A stretch of 35,892 bases of DNA, filler included, from an uncultured Synergistales bacterium (GCA_937897575.1; 2 parts of 2 records of this genome joined end to end with filler, not necessarily neighbours in it), one strand, 5' to 3'; positions 25,657-35,265 are shown, numbered from the whole stretch's first letter. Numbers and translations: made by a program. The notes: a model not told the origin generated them from the sequence alone.

Positions 25657-27021
25657 CTATCTCACTCCGAGATGATCGACCGCTTCCGTCATCTGGTCCG
25701 TCCTGGCGAAGACCATGAGCTTGTCGCCGCTCTGGAGCACCGTGGAGCCCACGGGGACGAAGACCACCCCCGCCCGCACGATCAGGGCGATGAGAATGCC
25801 CTTGGGGAGGGCGAGGGCGATGAGGGAGCGCCCCACCGCCGGGCTGTCGGGCTCGAGGACCATCTCGAGCATCTCGGCGTCGATCTTCTCGATGATGGCC
25901 AGAGCGCCCACGTTCTCGGGGTACCGGACGTGGCGGAGGATCACGGACGCCAGGGCGATGTTCGGGTTGACGATGGAGTCCACGGGCATGTAGTGGTCCA
26001 TGTTCATGTAGATCTTCCGGCGCACGACGGCGATGGCCTTCCTGGCGCCGAGGGCCTTGCCCACCACGGCGAAGAGCAGGTTCGCCTCGTCGCTCTCCGT
26101 GGCGCACACGAGGCCGTCGGCCTCCTCGATGCCCTCCTGCTTCAGGAAGTTTCCGTCCGCCCCGTCGCCGCACAGGACCAGCGTCCGCTCCAGCTCCCCG
26201 GCGAGGCGCTCGCACTTCTCCCGGTCGTGGTCGATGAGGCGGATGTCCAGATTTCTGTACTGGTTCTCCAGCTTCCAGGCCACCTGGAAGCCCAGCTTGC
26301 CGCCGCCGATGATAAGCACCCGCTTCAGAGGCCGGGTCTTCTCCATCTGGTAGAGCTCCCCCACCTGCCAGGCCTGCTCCCTGGTGCCAACGAGGTAGCA
26401 GAGGTCCTCCTCCTGGAGCGTCAGCTCACCGTTGGGGACGATGCCCTCGCCGTCCCGCTCCACGTAGACGATGACGGACACGAACTGAGGGTAGAGGGTA
26501 CGGAGGTTTTTGAGGGTCACGCCCACCAGCGGGGACGTCTTCGCGATCCGGAAGGCGTAGATCCCCGCCCGGCCGTCGAGCAGTTCGGCGGTGTGCACCG
26601 CCGACGTGACGGAGAGGAGCTCCAGGATCTCCCGCGCCACGGAGCGCTCGGGGGAGTTCATCACGTCGATGCCGAGGCTTTTGGCCCACGTGGGGCTGTC
26701 GGTGAACTCGAGGCCCCTGGCCCTGGAGATGACCCGCTTGACGCCGGAGCGCTTCGCGATCCAGCAGGCGAGGATGTTGACCTCGTCGTGATCGGTGCAG
26801 GCCACGAGGATGTCCACGTCGCACCCGGGGAAAACCCCCGCCTCCTCGAGGACGTGGGGCCGGGCGCCGTTGCCCCGGACGACGATGACGTCCAGCTCGT
26901 TGTCCACGACTCCCGCCCGCTCCTCGTTCTCCTCCACGACGGTCACGTCGTGCCCGTCCTCCGAGAGGGTCTGAGCCACGCTGTACCCCACCTCGCCGCT
27001 TCCGACGACGACTATCTTCAT
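25657..27021 (-). CDS. trkA: Trk system potassium uptake regulatory subunit
   Basis: Two RCK domains, MKIVVVGSGEVG and IIGGGKLG. Confidence 0.95.
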   Translation of the reverse strand: MKIVVVGSGEVGYSVAQTLSEDGHDVTVVEENEERAGVVDNELDVIVVRGNGARPHVLEEAGVFPGCDVDILVACTDHDEVNILACWIAKRSGVKRVISRARGLEFTDSPTWAKSLGIDVMNSPERSVAREILELLSVTSAVHTAELLDGRAGIYAFRIAKTSPLVGVTLKNLRTLYPQFVSVIVYVERDGEGIVPNGELTLQEEDLCYLVGTREQAWQVGELYQMEKTRPLKRVLIIGGGKLGFQVAWKLENQYRNLDIRLIDHDREKCERLAGELERTLVLCGDGADGNFLKQEGIEEADGLVCATESDEANLLFAVVGKALGARKAIAVVRRKIYMNMDHYMPVDSIVNPNIALASVILRHVRYPENVGALAIIEKIDAEMLEMVLEPDSPAVGRSLIALALPKGILIALIVRAGVVFVPVGSTVLQSGDKLMVFARTDQMTEAVDHLGVR

Positions 27022-27067
27022 TGCCCGCTCACCATTCCTTCGGCAGGCCTTTGCGACCTGCTGAGCA

Positions 27068-27095
27068 ATGATATCACATCGCGGCGCCCGGACAA
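27068..27095 (-). promoter_or_regulatory. Putative trkA promoter
   Basis: TTGTCC-16 nt-TATCAT with TG extension. Confidence 0.45.
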
Positions 27096-27110
27096 AGGCT
27101 CGGGCAGGGG

Positions 27111-28259
27111 TCAGCGGGCGGCGGCGATGGCCTCCACGGTCGTCCGGACCTCCTCCTCGGTGGAGAACCACCCCGGGCTGAGCCGGAGGGCCCCGCCGGG
27201 GAAGGTCCCGAGGGTTCTGTGGGCCCTCGGGGCGCAGTGCAGTCCGGGCCTCGTCTCGATGCCGCGCTCCTCGGACAGGAACCCCGCCAGATCGCCGTTG
27301 TCCACGCCCTCGACGTTCACGGCGAACACGGGCAGACGCCCCGCCATAGTGCGCCGCCCCGAGAGGGACAGTCCCTCGATGGCGAGGAGCCCTTCGAGCA
27401 TGAGGGCTCCCAGGGCCTCTTCACGGGCCCGAATCTCGTCCAGGCCCGTCGCATCGATCCATTCGAGGGCGGCGGAGAGGCCGGCGATCCCCGGGAGGTT
27501 CGGCGTCCCGGACTCGAACTTGTCTGGCATGGCGTCGGGCTGGCGTTCCAGGTGGGAGAAGCTGCCCGTGCCGCCCTCGACGAGCGGGCGGACCGCCCGG
27601 GCGAACTTCGGGTTCCAGAGAATGCCGCCGATGCCCTGCGGGCCCATGAGCCCCTTGTGCCCCGTGAAGCAGAGGGCGGCGAGCCCGAGCTCCTCCGCGT
27701 TCAGGGGAAGGAGGCCGGCCGTCTGGGCGCAGTCCACCACGATGGGTACCTTCGCCGTCCGGCACAGGGCCGCCAGGGCCGGAAGGTCCTGGATCGTGCC
27801 GCAGACGTTGCTGCAGTGGGAGAGGATCACGAGGTCGGGCGAGAGGTCCCTCAGCGCGCGCTCCAGCGCGGCGGGGGGGAGGAAGCCCTCGCCGTCGCAG
27901 GGCAGGATCTCGACGCGCACGCCCTCGGACTCGAGGCGGCGGAGGGGGCGGATCACGGCGTTGTGCTCCATGGAGGTGGTGACGACCGTCCTTCCGGGGG
28001 CGAGAAAGCCCTTCAGGACGACGTTCAGGGACTCGGTGACGCCCGACGTGAAGGTGACGAGGCGGGGGTCGGCGCCCCACCCCCCCAGAAGGGCGGCAAG
28101 GCGTTCGCGGCAGGTGAAGACGAGGTCCAGGGTCTTCAGATCCCGCCCCGAGGCGGTCCCTCTCGCCAGGTTCGCCCCGCCTCCGGCGAGGAAGTCCGCC
28201 ATGGCCCGGCCGACGCACTCCGGCTTGGGCCACGTGGTGGCGGCATTGTTCATATACAT
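27111..28259 (-). CDS. PLP-dependent class V aminotransferase; group II cysteine desulfurase/selenocysteine lyase family
   Basis: YMNNAATTWPKP, SMEHNAV, HCSNVCG, DCAQTAG, TGHKGL, ESGTPN and RPGLHCA. Confidence 0.9.
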   Translation of the reverse strand: MYMNNAATTWPKPECVGRAMADFLAGGGANLARGTASGRDLKTLDLVFTCRERLAALLGGWGADPRLVTFTSGVTESLNVVLKGFLAPGRTVVTTSMEHNAVIRPLRRLESEGVRVEILPCDGEGFLPPAALERALRDLSPDLVILSHCSNVCGTIQDLPALAALCRTAKVPIVVDCAQTAGLLPLNAEELGLAALCFTGHKGLMGPQGIGGILWNPKFARAVRPLVEGGTGSFSHLERQPDAMPDKFESGTPNLPGIAGLSAALEWIDATGLDEIRAREEALGALMLEGLLAIEGLSLSGRRTMAGRLPVFAVNVEGVDNGDLAGFLSEERGIETRPGLHCAPRAHRTLGTFPGGALRLSPGWFSTEEEVRTTVEAIAAAR

Positions 28260-28321
28260 GGGGCATTCTCCCTTCCGGTTATACGAAATATGCCCCATTG
28301 TACCCCTTTTTGCGCCGATCG

Positions 28322-29446
28322 TCAGGGGAGGGGTTTTTCTCCTCCGACGAAGAGAAAGCCGCTCACCACGGCCGTCAGGGGAGCCACCATCACCAGGCCG
28401 AAGCTTCCCACGAGGGTGTTGAGGATCTCCGACGAGACGTACTGCATGTTCAGGATGTTGGCCGACGGGATGCCCTGGGCCAGGAAGGTCATGAGGAGGC
28501 TCGAGTAGCTCGCCGTGTAGGCGAGGAGCAGCGTCGTGATCTGGGTGCCCACCACGGCCCGGCCGACGGAGAGGCCGGACAGGATGAGCTCCGCTCTGGT
28601 GATGTCCCGTTTCCGCTCGGCGAGCTCCCACTGGGCGCTCGCCACGTCCATGGCGAGGTCGATGACGGCGCCCGACGAGGCGAGGAAGATGCCGCCCAGG
28701 AAGATCCCCGTGAGGTCGATATGGGGAAAGCCGCTGTAGAGCAGGGATTCGGAGAAGGGCTTCACGGCGCCGTGGATCCTGAAGGCGCCGCCGAAGTAGA
28801 GGGACAGGGCGCAGGTGAAGAGGATCCCCAGCATGGAGCCGAGGAAGGTGGCCATGCCCTTTCTGTTGACGCCGCCGACGAGGAAGACGGTGGCCGCCGT
28901 CAGGATCAGGACCACCACGAGGGAGGAGACGATGGGGTCCCACCCCTTGAGGTACCAGGGCAGGAGGACCTTCCAGATCATGAGGCCGGTGAAGAGGAAG
29001 GAGAGCAGGGCCCGGGCCCCGATCCAGCCGCCGAACAGGACGAGCAGGGCACAGAAGAGCCCCAGGAGAACCACCTCCACATCCAGGCGGTAGTAGTCGA
29101 GCACGTTGGCGCTGACCGCTCCTTCGAGCCCCTCCTGCACCACGGCCAGCGCCCTGTCGCCGGGCACAAAGATCTTGTCCATCTCGAGGCGCCCCATGAG
29201 GTGGTTCACGGCCTTCATCTGCCGCCCCGCGAAGGTGCCCTGAAGGACCTCGATCTCGAGCCCCTGGTCCCCCGTCCGGACGATGCCATGCTGCTTCATG
29301 TTCTCGTTGTCCACGGTGAGGATCCGGACCTTGACGCGCTCCGCGTCGTCCTTGTAGGACGCCTCCCAGGACGGGAAAAAGAAAAGCCCCACCGTGACGG
29401 CGAGGAAGATCAGAGTCAGGATATGGTCGTGCCGCTTGGCCCTCAT
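28322..29446 (-). CDS. YibE/F family membrane protein
   Basis: N-terminal TM, a soluble domain, then multi-TM with GAVIDLAMDVAS and TTLLLAY motifs. Confidence 0.85.
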   Translation of the reverse strand: MRAKRHDHILTLIFLAVTVGLFFFPSWEASYKDDAERVKVRILTVDNENMKQHGIVRTGDQGLEIEVLQGTFAGRQMKAVNHLMGRLEMDKIFVPGDRALAVVQEGLEGAVSANVLDYYRLDVEVVLLGLFCALLVLFGGWIGARALLSFLFTGLMIWKVLLPWYLKGWDPIVSSLVVVLILTAATVFLVGGVNRKGMATFLGSMLGILFTCALSLYFGGAFRIHGAVKPFSESLLYSGFPHIDLTGIFLGGIFLASSGAVIDLAMDVASAQWELAERKRDITRAELILSGLSVGRAVVGTQITTLLLAYTASYSSLLMTFLAQGIPSANILNMQYVSSEILNTLVGSFGLVMVAPLTAVVSGFLFVGGEKPLP

Positions 29447-29468
29447 GGACAATCCCCCTTCTTCACGA

Positions 29469-29501
29469 ACGGGCCGAAGGGGACAGTCCCCTTCGGCCCG
29501 T
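29469..29501. repeat. Near-perfect 33-bp palindrome between alkaline phosphatase and YibE/F genes
   Basis: ACGGGCCGAAGGGGAC-A-GTCCCCTTCGGCCCGT. Confidence 0.85.
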
Positions 29502-29522
29502 ATGGTCCCGGCGCTCCGTCTC

Positions 29523-31052
29523 TCAGTTGACGCCGATGATGGACATGGTCTTCCAGGCCACGTCGGTGTTGTCGTAGTACCCGGCGAACAGGTCCGAACC
29601 AACGCCGCCGGCGAAGATGGGCACGGGGATGCCCGTGTGGGCGTAGGTGGTCCAGCCGATCCCGGACTTCTGGTTCAGGATCTGGGTGAGCTTCACCGAG
29701 AGGGGCTCGTACCCCCCGTAGAGCAGATAGGTGGCCTCGTCCTTCGACCGCTCCTCCTCGCCCTGCATGCTGCGCTCGTAGGCCGCCCTGACCTCGCCGA
29801 GCTCCAGGTCCGAGAGCACCATGGCGAGCTCTTTACCGGCCTCTCTGTCGCCGGCCTTGGCCTTCTCCCCGAGGGCCTTGCGCTCGTCGGCCGAGGCGGT
29901 CTTCAGGCCGAAGACCTCGTTGATGAGGGGCATCATGTTGTCGAAGGTCCTCTCGGCATCGGGGCGCTTCTTGAACTCGGCGATCTTTCTGTCGAAGGAC
30001 TCGTAGGACTCGCTCTGGTAGGAGACCTTGTTGAAGAAGGTCTCGTACTGGGTGCCGGCGAAGCCGATGCTCATGCCGCCCGTCTCGTGGTCGCCGACGA
30101 CCACGATGAGCGTCTCGTCGGGATGAGCTTCGGCGAAGTCGACGGCCACCTTGACGGACTCGTCGAAGGCAAGCGTGTCGTGGATGGCCGACGCGGCGTC
30201 GTTGGCGTGGCAGGCCCAGTCGATCTTGCCGCCCTCGACCATCATGAAGAAGCCGTTGGGGTTGTCCAGAAGCTCGATGCCCTTCTTCGTGAACTCGGCC
30301 AGTGAGAGCTCCTTCTCCGTGCGGTCCATATCGTAGGGCATGGCGTTGCTGCCGTCGATGACGGGGTTCACGGCGATGAGCTTCGTCCCGGGCGCAGCGC
30401 CGAGGATGTCGTCCCTGGTGCGGAGCACGCTGTAGCCGGCCTCCTTGGCCACGTCGTAGAGGTCCTTTCTGTCCTTCTTCTTGCCCGTCGCCTGATGGAT
30501 TCCGCCGCCGGCGAAGTAGTCGAAGCCGCTGCCGATCAGCTGTTCACCGATCTCGTAGTAGTCGTTCCGGGAGGCCTGGGAGGCGTAGTAGGACGCCGGG
30601 GTGGCGTGGTTCAGGGACACGGTGGTGATGATGCCCACCCGCATGCCCTTGTCGTGGGCCATCTTCGCCACGGAGGTGAACTTCTTCGTCTTCGTCGCGT
30701 CCATGCCGATGACGCCGTTCTCCGTTTTGTAGCCCGAGGCGAGGGCCGTCGCCGCCGGGGCGGAGTCGGTGATGAAGGAGTTCGTCGAATAGGTGGTGAT
30801 CATTCCCTGAACCGGAAGGCCGCTCAGCGTCAGCTTCTTGATCGCCGGCTCGGATCCCTGGGGGTCCATGGACCCCTTGTAGACCTCCGCCGAGTTCACC
30901 TGCTGCAGCCCCAGGCCGTCACCGATGAACACGAACACGTACTTGGCCCTCTGCCCGTCCCACTGATTTCTCGTCTCGGCGCATGCCCCGAAGGCGAAGA
31001 CCAGGACGACGAGCGCCGCAGCCGCCATCTTTGTCCACAGTGTCTTTCTCAT
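29523..31052 (-). CDS. Secreted alkaline phosphatase (PhoA family)
   Basis: Signal peptide, FIGDG, TDSAPAAT (catalytic Ser), HATPA, MVEGGKIDWACH and GDHETGG. Confidence 0.93.
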   Translation of the reverse strand: MRKTLWTKMAAAALVVLVFAFGACAETRNQWDGQRAKYVFVFIGDGLGLQQVNSAEVYKGSMDPQGSEPAIKKLTLSGLPVQGMITTYSTNSFITDSAPAATALASGYKTENGVIGMDATKTKKFTSVAKMAHDKGMRVGIITTVSLNHATPASYYASQASRNDYYEIGEQLIGSGFDYFAGGGIHQATGKKKDRKDLYDVAKEAGYSVLRTRDDILGAAPGTKLIAVNPVIDGSNAMPYDMDRTEKELSLAEFTKKGIELLDNPNGFFMMVEGGKIDWACHANDAASAIHDTLAFDESVKVAVDFAEAHPDETLIVVVGDHETGGMSIGFAGTQYETFFNKVSYQSESYESFDRKIAEFKKRPDAERTFDNMMPLINEVFGLKTASADERKALGEKAKAGDREAGKELAMVLSDLELGEVRAAYERSMQGEEERSKDEATYLLYGGYEPLSVKLTQILNQKSGIGWTTYAHTGIPVPIFAGGVGSDLFAGYYDNTDVAWKTMSIIGVN

Positions 31053-31147
31053 TGCTTCATACCCCTCCTCTGGAGAATTTGACCCCATTCTCCTGGTCAG
31101 GGGTTACGAAAGGGGCGGAGAAATGTATCGGGAGGGTAAAAACAACA

Positions 31148-32155
31148 TTACGGCCCGGGGCGCCGCGCTCCGGAAGAGGAACGGGCCATGAGGTCGCCCA
31201 GGGTGAACCCCGTGGGACGCTCGGACTCCTCGATGGTCCGGAGCGCCGCCTCGAGGGAGCTTCGGATCTGATCCGGGCTGTAGGAGGCCGGGAAGTAGAG
31301 CGCGGCCGAATCGCCGTGACCGCCGCCCCGGACCTTCCGTCCGTCCCGGAGCATCCCCACGACCTTCCCGGCCGTCTCGTCCCGGCTCCTGAGGGAGACG
31401 GCCCAGTCGCCGGCGAAGCGCTTCGAGACCACGGCCACCAGGAGGGGCGGCTCGGCCATCCGGTCCAGCACGAGCCCTCCGAAGTCCGAGACGTCGCCGA
31501 ACTCGAGGATTCCGGGCTCGACGAAGGTCATGGACCCCTTTCCCGTCCCCGTCCTCTGCAGGGCAACGGCGAAGCGCTTCTCCTGCTGATCCACGAAGTC
31601 CATGGCGGCCGTTCGTTCGTGGGGGGCGAGGGCCGTCCCCGGGTTCACGGCGAGACGGGTGAAGAGGCTGTAGGGGCCGCACAGGGTGATGAGGGCCTGC
31701 CACAGGCGGCTGTCGGGGTTCTGGTTGAGCCAGAGGTCCCGGTCGTTGGCCAGGTCCACCAGGGGCGCAAAGCCGTCGAGCCCCTGGGGGTCGTTCCGAA
31801 GAAGCCACTGGTAATATACCTTCGCCGCGCAGACGGAGGTGTCGGTCACGAGCCAGGGCCTGGCCCCGTACCGGGCCGCCGTCGTCTCGTGGTGGTCGAA
31901 GACGAAGGGGGGCGCCCCGTCGGAGTGGACGCGGTCCAGGGTCTCGACGGTGCGTCCGTCCTGGCAGAACAGGTCCAGGACGATAAAGTCCTGACGGGCG
32001 TCCAGGCTTTCGAGGATCAGGGCGTCCACCGTGCCGTACCCCGCGAGGGAGACCTTCAGGGGGCGCCGGTCGCGCCAGCGATGCCACGCCACGGCCGCCG
32101 CCGCGACGCCGTCGAGATCGGTGTGGCTGATGATGTGCAGAGGGGCTGTGCTCAT
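31148..32155 (-). CDS. DHH-family phosphoesterase (DHH/DHHA1, NrnB-like)
   Basis: SHTDLDG, FDHH, VSLRS and GGGH. Confidence 0.85.
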   Translation of the reverse strand: MSTAPLHIISHTDLDGVAAAAVAWHRWRDRRPLKVSLAGYGTVDALILESLDARQDFIVLDLFCQDGRTVETLDRVHSDGAPPFVFDHHETTAARYGARPWLVTDTSVCAAKVYYQWLLRNDPQGLDGFAPLVDLANDRDLWLNQNPDSRLWQALITLCGPYSLFTRLAVNPGTALAPHERTAAMDFVDQQEKRFAVALQRTGTGKGSMTFVEPGILEFGDVSDFGGLVLDRMAEPPLLVAVVSKRFAGDWAVSLRSRDETAGKVVGMLRDGRKVRGGGHGDSAALYFPASYSPDQIRSSLEAALRTIEESERPTGFTLGDLMARSSSGARRPGP

Positions 32156-32230
32156 CCTTCCGTCCTCCTCGTTCTCAGCAAGTTCTTCTTCCGTCATTGT
32201 ACCCCTTTTGCGCCCGTTCGCCAGGGCGTC

Positions 32231-32467
32231 TTATCCACAGTTGTGGATAATTTGTGGACAACGCGTCCGAACGGTAACGGAAGGGGTGAAAAATATTGTC
32301 GCCGGGTGGCGAATTTTGTAACAAATTCGTTACACGTCTTGCCATCGCGGGTTATGCTTATCCACATAGAAATCCGTCCTATCAACCGCCTGTGGATAGG
32401 AAATTTTCTCTTTTCGGAGGACAAATCACTTTTTTGTCCCCCGAGGGGAAGGGGGGAATTATCCACA
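32231..32467. other. oriC upstream part: DnaA-box cluster in dnaA promoter region
   Basis: TTATCCACA at 32231, 32358 and 32459; TGTGGATAA 32242; TGTGGACAA 32253; TGTGGATAG 32391. Lower GC than flanks. Confidence 0.9.
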
Positions 32468-32512
32468 CCCCTGTGGTAAGATTGTCCCATTCTCGGTACG
32501 AGGTGACGCGCA

Positions 32513-33838
32513 GTGAACAATCAATTGACGCAACTCTGGGACGCCCTCCTGAAGGACGCCTCGTCGACCCTTCCCTCGGGGACCGCCGACCTGTGGCTCA
32601 CGACCTGCGTTCCCACACGCTTCGAGGGCGGGGTGCTGACCCTCGACGTCCCGAACGTCTTCGTGAAAGAGCAGATCTCCAGCCGTTTTCTCAAGGACCT
32701 CGTCCAGCTCCTGCAGGACAGCGGAAAGGGGCAGTCCATAGAGCTCCAGGTGGGGGCCGAGACCAAGAAGGACGAGCAGCAGCGGGCCGAGCGGGCGGCA
32801 TCGGGGGGAAACTCGGAGTCCCGCAGCGGGCTCAACCCGGGCTACCTGTTCAGCTCCTTCGTCGTCGGCAAGTCCAACAGGCTGTCCCACGCGGCAAGCC
32901 TCGCCGTGGCCGAGACGCCGGGGGAGGCCTACAACCCCCTCTTCATCTGGGGCGGCGTCGGCCTGGGGAAGACCCACCTCATGCACGCCGTGGGGCACTA
33001 CATCCTCGACAGGAACCCCGGCCTGAAGGTCACCTACGTGAGCTCGGAGAAGTTCATCAACGAGTTCATCCAGTCCATCCGGAACAACAAGACCCACGAG
33101 TTCAAGTCCAAGTACCGGAACGTGGACGTCCTTCTGATCGACGACATCCAGTTCCTCGGGAACAAGGACAGCAGCCAGGAGGAGTTCTTCCACACCTTCA
33201 ACCAGCTCCACGTCACGAAGAAGCAGATCGTCATCTGCTCCGACCGGCCCCCGAAGGAGATCCAGAGCATCGAGGACCGGCTCGTCAGCCGGTTCGAGTG
33301 GGGCCTCGTGACGGACATCCAGACGCCCGACCTCGAGACGAGGATCGCCATTCTTCAGAAGAAGGCCCACCTTCGCCACTTCGACATCCCCGAGGACGTC
33401 ATCTCCTTTCTGGCCGTCAACATCCCGAGCAACATCCGGGAGCTCGAGGGGGCCCTCAACAGGGTGGTGGCCTGCGCCGAGCTGTCGAGCGAGCCCATCA
33501 CCGTGGAGAACACCTCCGACTGGCTCAAGGACGTCCTGAGGAAGGACGCGAAGGGCCCCATCAGCCTCGAGAGCATCCAGAACTCCGTGGCGTCGGCCTT
33601 CAACATGACCATCGAGGACATCCTCAGCTCGAAGAGGACGTCGGATCTCGCCCTCGCCCGGCAGATCGCCATGTACCTGTGCCGGAAGTGCACCGAGGCG
33701 AGCCTCCAGGAGATCGCCCGGTCCTTCAGGAAGAAGGACCACACGACGGTCCTGCACGCACACCGCAAGATATCCCAGATCGTCCGCGATCAGGAGGGCA
33801 TACGGAAGATGGTGGACAGCATTGAGGAGAAGCTGTGA
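32513..33838 (+). CDS. dnaA: Chromosomal replication initiator DnaA
   Basis: YNPLFIWGGVGLGKTHL, LLIDDIQF, RLVSRFEWG, NIRELEGAL and DHTTVLHA. Confidence 0.99.
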   Translation: MNNQLTQLWDALLKDASSTLPSGTADLWLTTCVPTRFEGGVLTLDVPNVFVKEQISSRFLKDLVQLLQDSGKGQSIELQVGAETKKDEQQRAERAASGGNSESRSGLNPGYLFSSFVVGKSNRLSHAASLAVAETPGEAYNPLFIWGGVGLGKTHLMHAVGHYILDRNPGLKVTYVSSEKFINEFIQSIRNNKTHEFKSKYRNVDVLLIDDIQFLGNKDSSQEEFFHTFNQLHVTKKQIVICSDRPPKEIQSIEDRLVSRFEWGLVTDIQTPDLETRIAILQKKAHLRHFDIPEDVISFLAVNIPSNIRELEGALNRVVACAELSSEPITVENTSDWLKDVLRKDAKGPISLESIQNSVASAFNMTIEDILSSKRTSDLALARQIAMYLCRKCTEASLQEIARSFRKKDHTTVLHAHRKISQIVRDQEGIRKMVDSIEEKL

Positions 33839-33854
33839 ACGAGTGCGCTCTTTT

Positions 33855-34043
33855 TGTGCATACATAAAAGGAAGGGAGAGGGAGCGCTCATTTTTGTGGA
33901 CGTTGTGGACGGCATACCCAGCTCAAGGACCTATCCATACACAGGCCTTCGGCCAGCCGCCCCAACGAAAAGCACCCTTGTCCACAGAACACACAGCCCT
34001 TATTACTCCTACTGCTTCCAGAAACAAAAAGAATAATAATAAC
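33855..34043. other. oriC downstream part: DnaA boxes, GC spacer, DnaA-trio-like repeats, AT-rich tract
   Basis: TTGTCCACA (33978)-GAACACACA-GCCC-TTA TTA CTC CTA CTG CTT, then an A-rich tract. Additional TGTGGAC boxes at 33895 and 33904. Confidence 0.8.
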
Positions 34044-34075
34044 GGAAAGCGATACCACTCCTGGGAGGGAAAAGC

Positions 34076-35257
34076 ATGAAGCTGCACATACGAAAAGGCG
34101 ATTTTCTGAAAGACTGGCAGACGGCCGAACGAAGCACCAGCTCGAAGAGCACCATAAGCTCCCTCACCGGCATCCTCCTCAGGGCCGAGGGAAAGGACAA
34201 GGGCATCCTCCTCGAGGCGACGGATCTGAAGACCTCCATCAAGTGCGTCTCGAACAGCGTGACCATCGAAGAGGAGGGGGAGGTGGTCCTGCCCGTCCGC
34301 ATCGTGGGCGACCTCTTCAAAAAGGCCCCGGCCGACGAATTCACTGTCCAGATCGTTGACGGCAAGGGGACCATCACGGCGGGACGAAACCGGTACCGGT
34401 TCACCACCTATCCGGCGAAGGAGTTTCCGAAGCTCCCCGTCTCCGAGAGCGCCCCTCTGTTCTGCACCATCGGAGCGGCCGACCTGCTGCGCACCATCCT
34501 CGAGGGGACCGTGGCGAGCACGACGGGCGACGAGTTTCCCAAGTACCTCGGCACCGCCTTCTTCCAGCTTCGGGACAAGGAGCTGCGCGTCATCTCCACG
34601 GACGGGCGGCGGCTCTCCCTCTCGAAGTGCTACCCCAGCCAGACTGGGCCCGATGGGGATTTTCTTCTGCCCATCGCCGGCGTCCGGGAGCTCCAGAGAC
34701 TGCTCTCGGCCCTGGACAGGGACGCTCCCATCCGCGTCGTGGCCGACGACTCCCTCGTGTTCTTCCAGATGGGCTCCATGGAGTTCTCCGTCCGGAAGGT
34801 GGAGACGGCCTTCCCGAACTACGAGAAGATACTGAACCCGCAGAGCACCACGACGCTTACTGTGGAACGGGATGCCCTCATAGCGGCCCTTGAGCGGGTG
34901 GATATCGTCGTGCGGGACTTCACTCGGATGGTGCTCTTCCATCTCTCGCCCGAGGGCGATCTGACGCTGACGGGCAAGGCGCCCGAGACGGGCTCCGTCC
35001 GGGAGATCCTCGACGGGACTATCGAGGGGGAGCCCCTGACAGTGGCCTTCAACGTGGGGTACTTCCTCGACGGCCTGAAGGCCCTCTATGGGGAGAAGGC
35101 CTCCATGAGCTTCAACGGCTCCGAGGGGCAGATGACCATGCTCCGTCCGGGCGAGACGAACTTCCTCTATATGGTGATGCCCATCAAGCTGACGGAGAGC
35201 GATCTGTCCCGGGATGACGACGACGAGAACGGAGAGGCGGGCGCCGGAGCCGAGTAA
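34076..35257 (+). CDS. dnaN: DNA polymerase III beta sliding clamp
   Basis: LEATDL, STDGRRL, FPNYEKI, AFNVGYFLD and YMVMPIK. Follows dnaA. Confidence 0.98.
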   Translation: MKLHIRKGDFLKDWQTAERSTSSKSTISSLTGILLRAEGKDKGILLEATDLKTSIKCVSNSVTIEEEGEVVLPVRIVGDLFKKAPADEFTVQIVDGKGTITAGRNRYRFTTYPAKEFPKLPVSESAPLFCTIGAADLLRTILEGTVASTTGDEFPKYLGTAFFQLRDKELRVISTDGRRLSLSKCYPSQTGPDGDFLLPIAGVRELQRLLSALDRDAPIRVVADDSLVFFQMGSMEFSVRKVETAFPNYEKILNPQSTTTLTVERDALIAALERVDIVVRDFTRMVLFHLSPEGDLTLTGKAPETGSVREILDGTIEGEPLTVAFNVGYFLDGLKALYGEKASMSFNGSEGQMTMLRPGETNFLYMVMPIKLTESDLSRDDDDENGEAGAGAE

Positions 35258-35265
35258 GGAGAGGC

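Noticed and set aside
27022..27110. c-di-AMP riboswitch upstream of the trk operon
   Set aside because: The intergenic region is under 90 nt and lacks the ydaO consensus; it has only one small hairpin.
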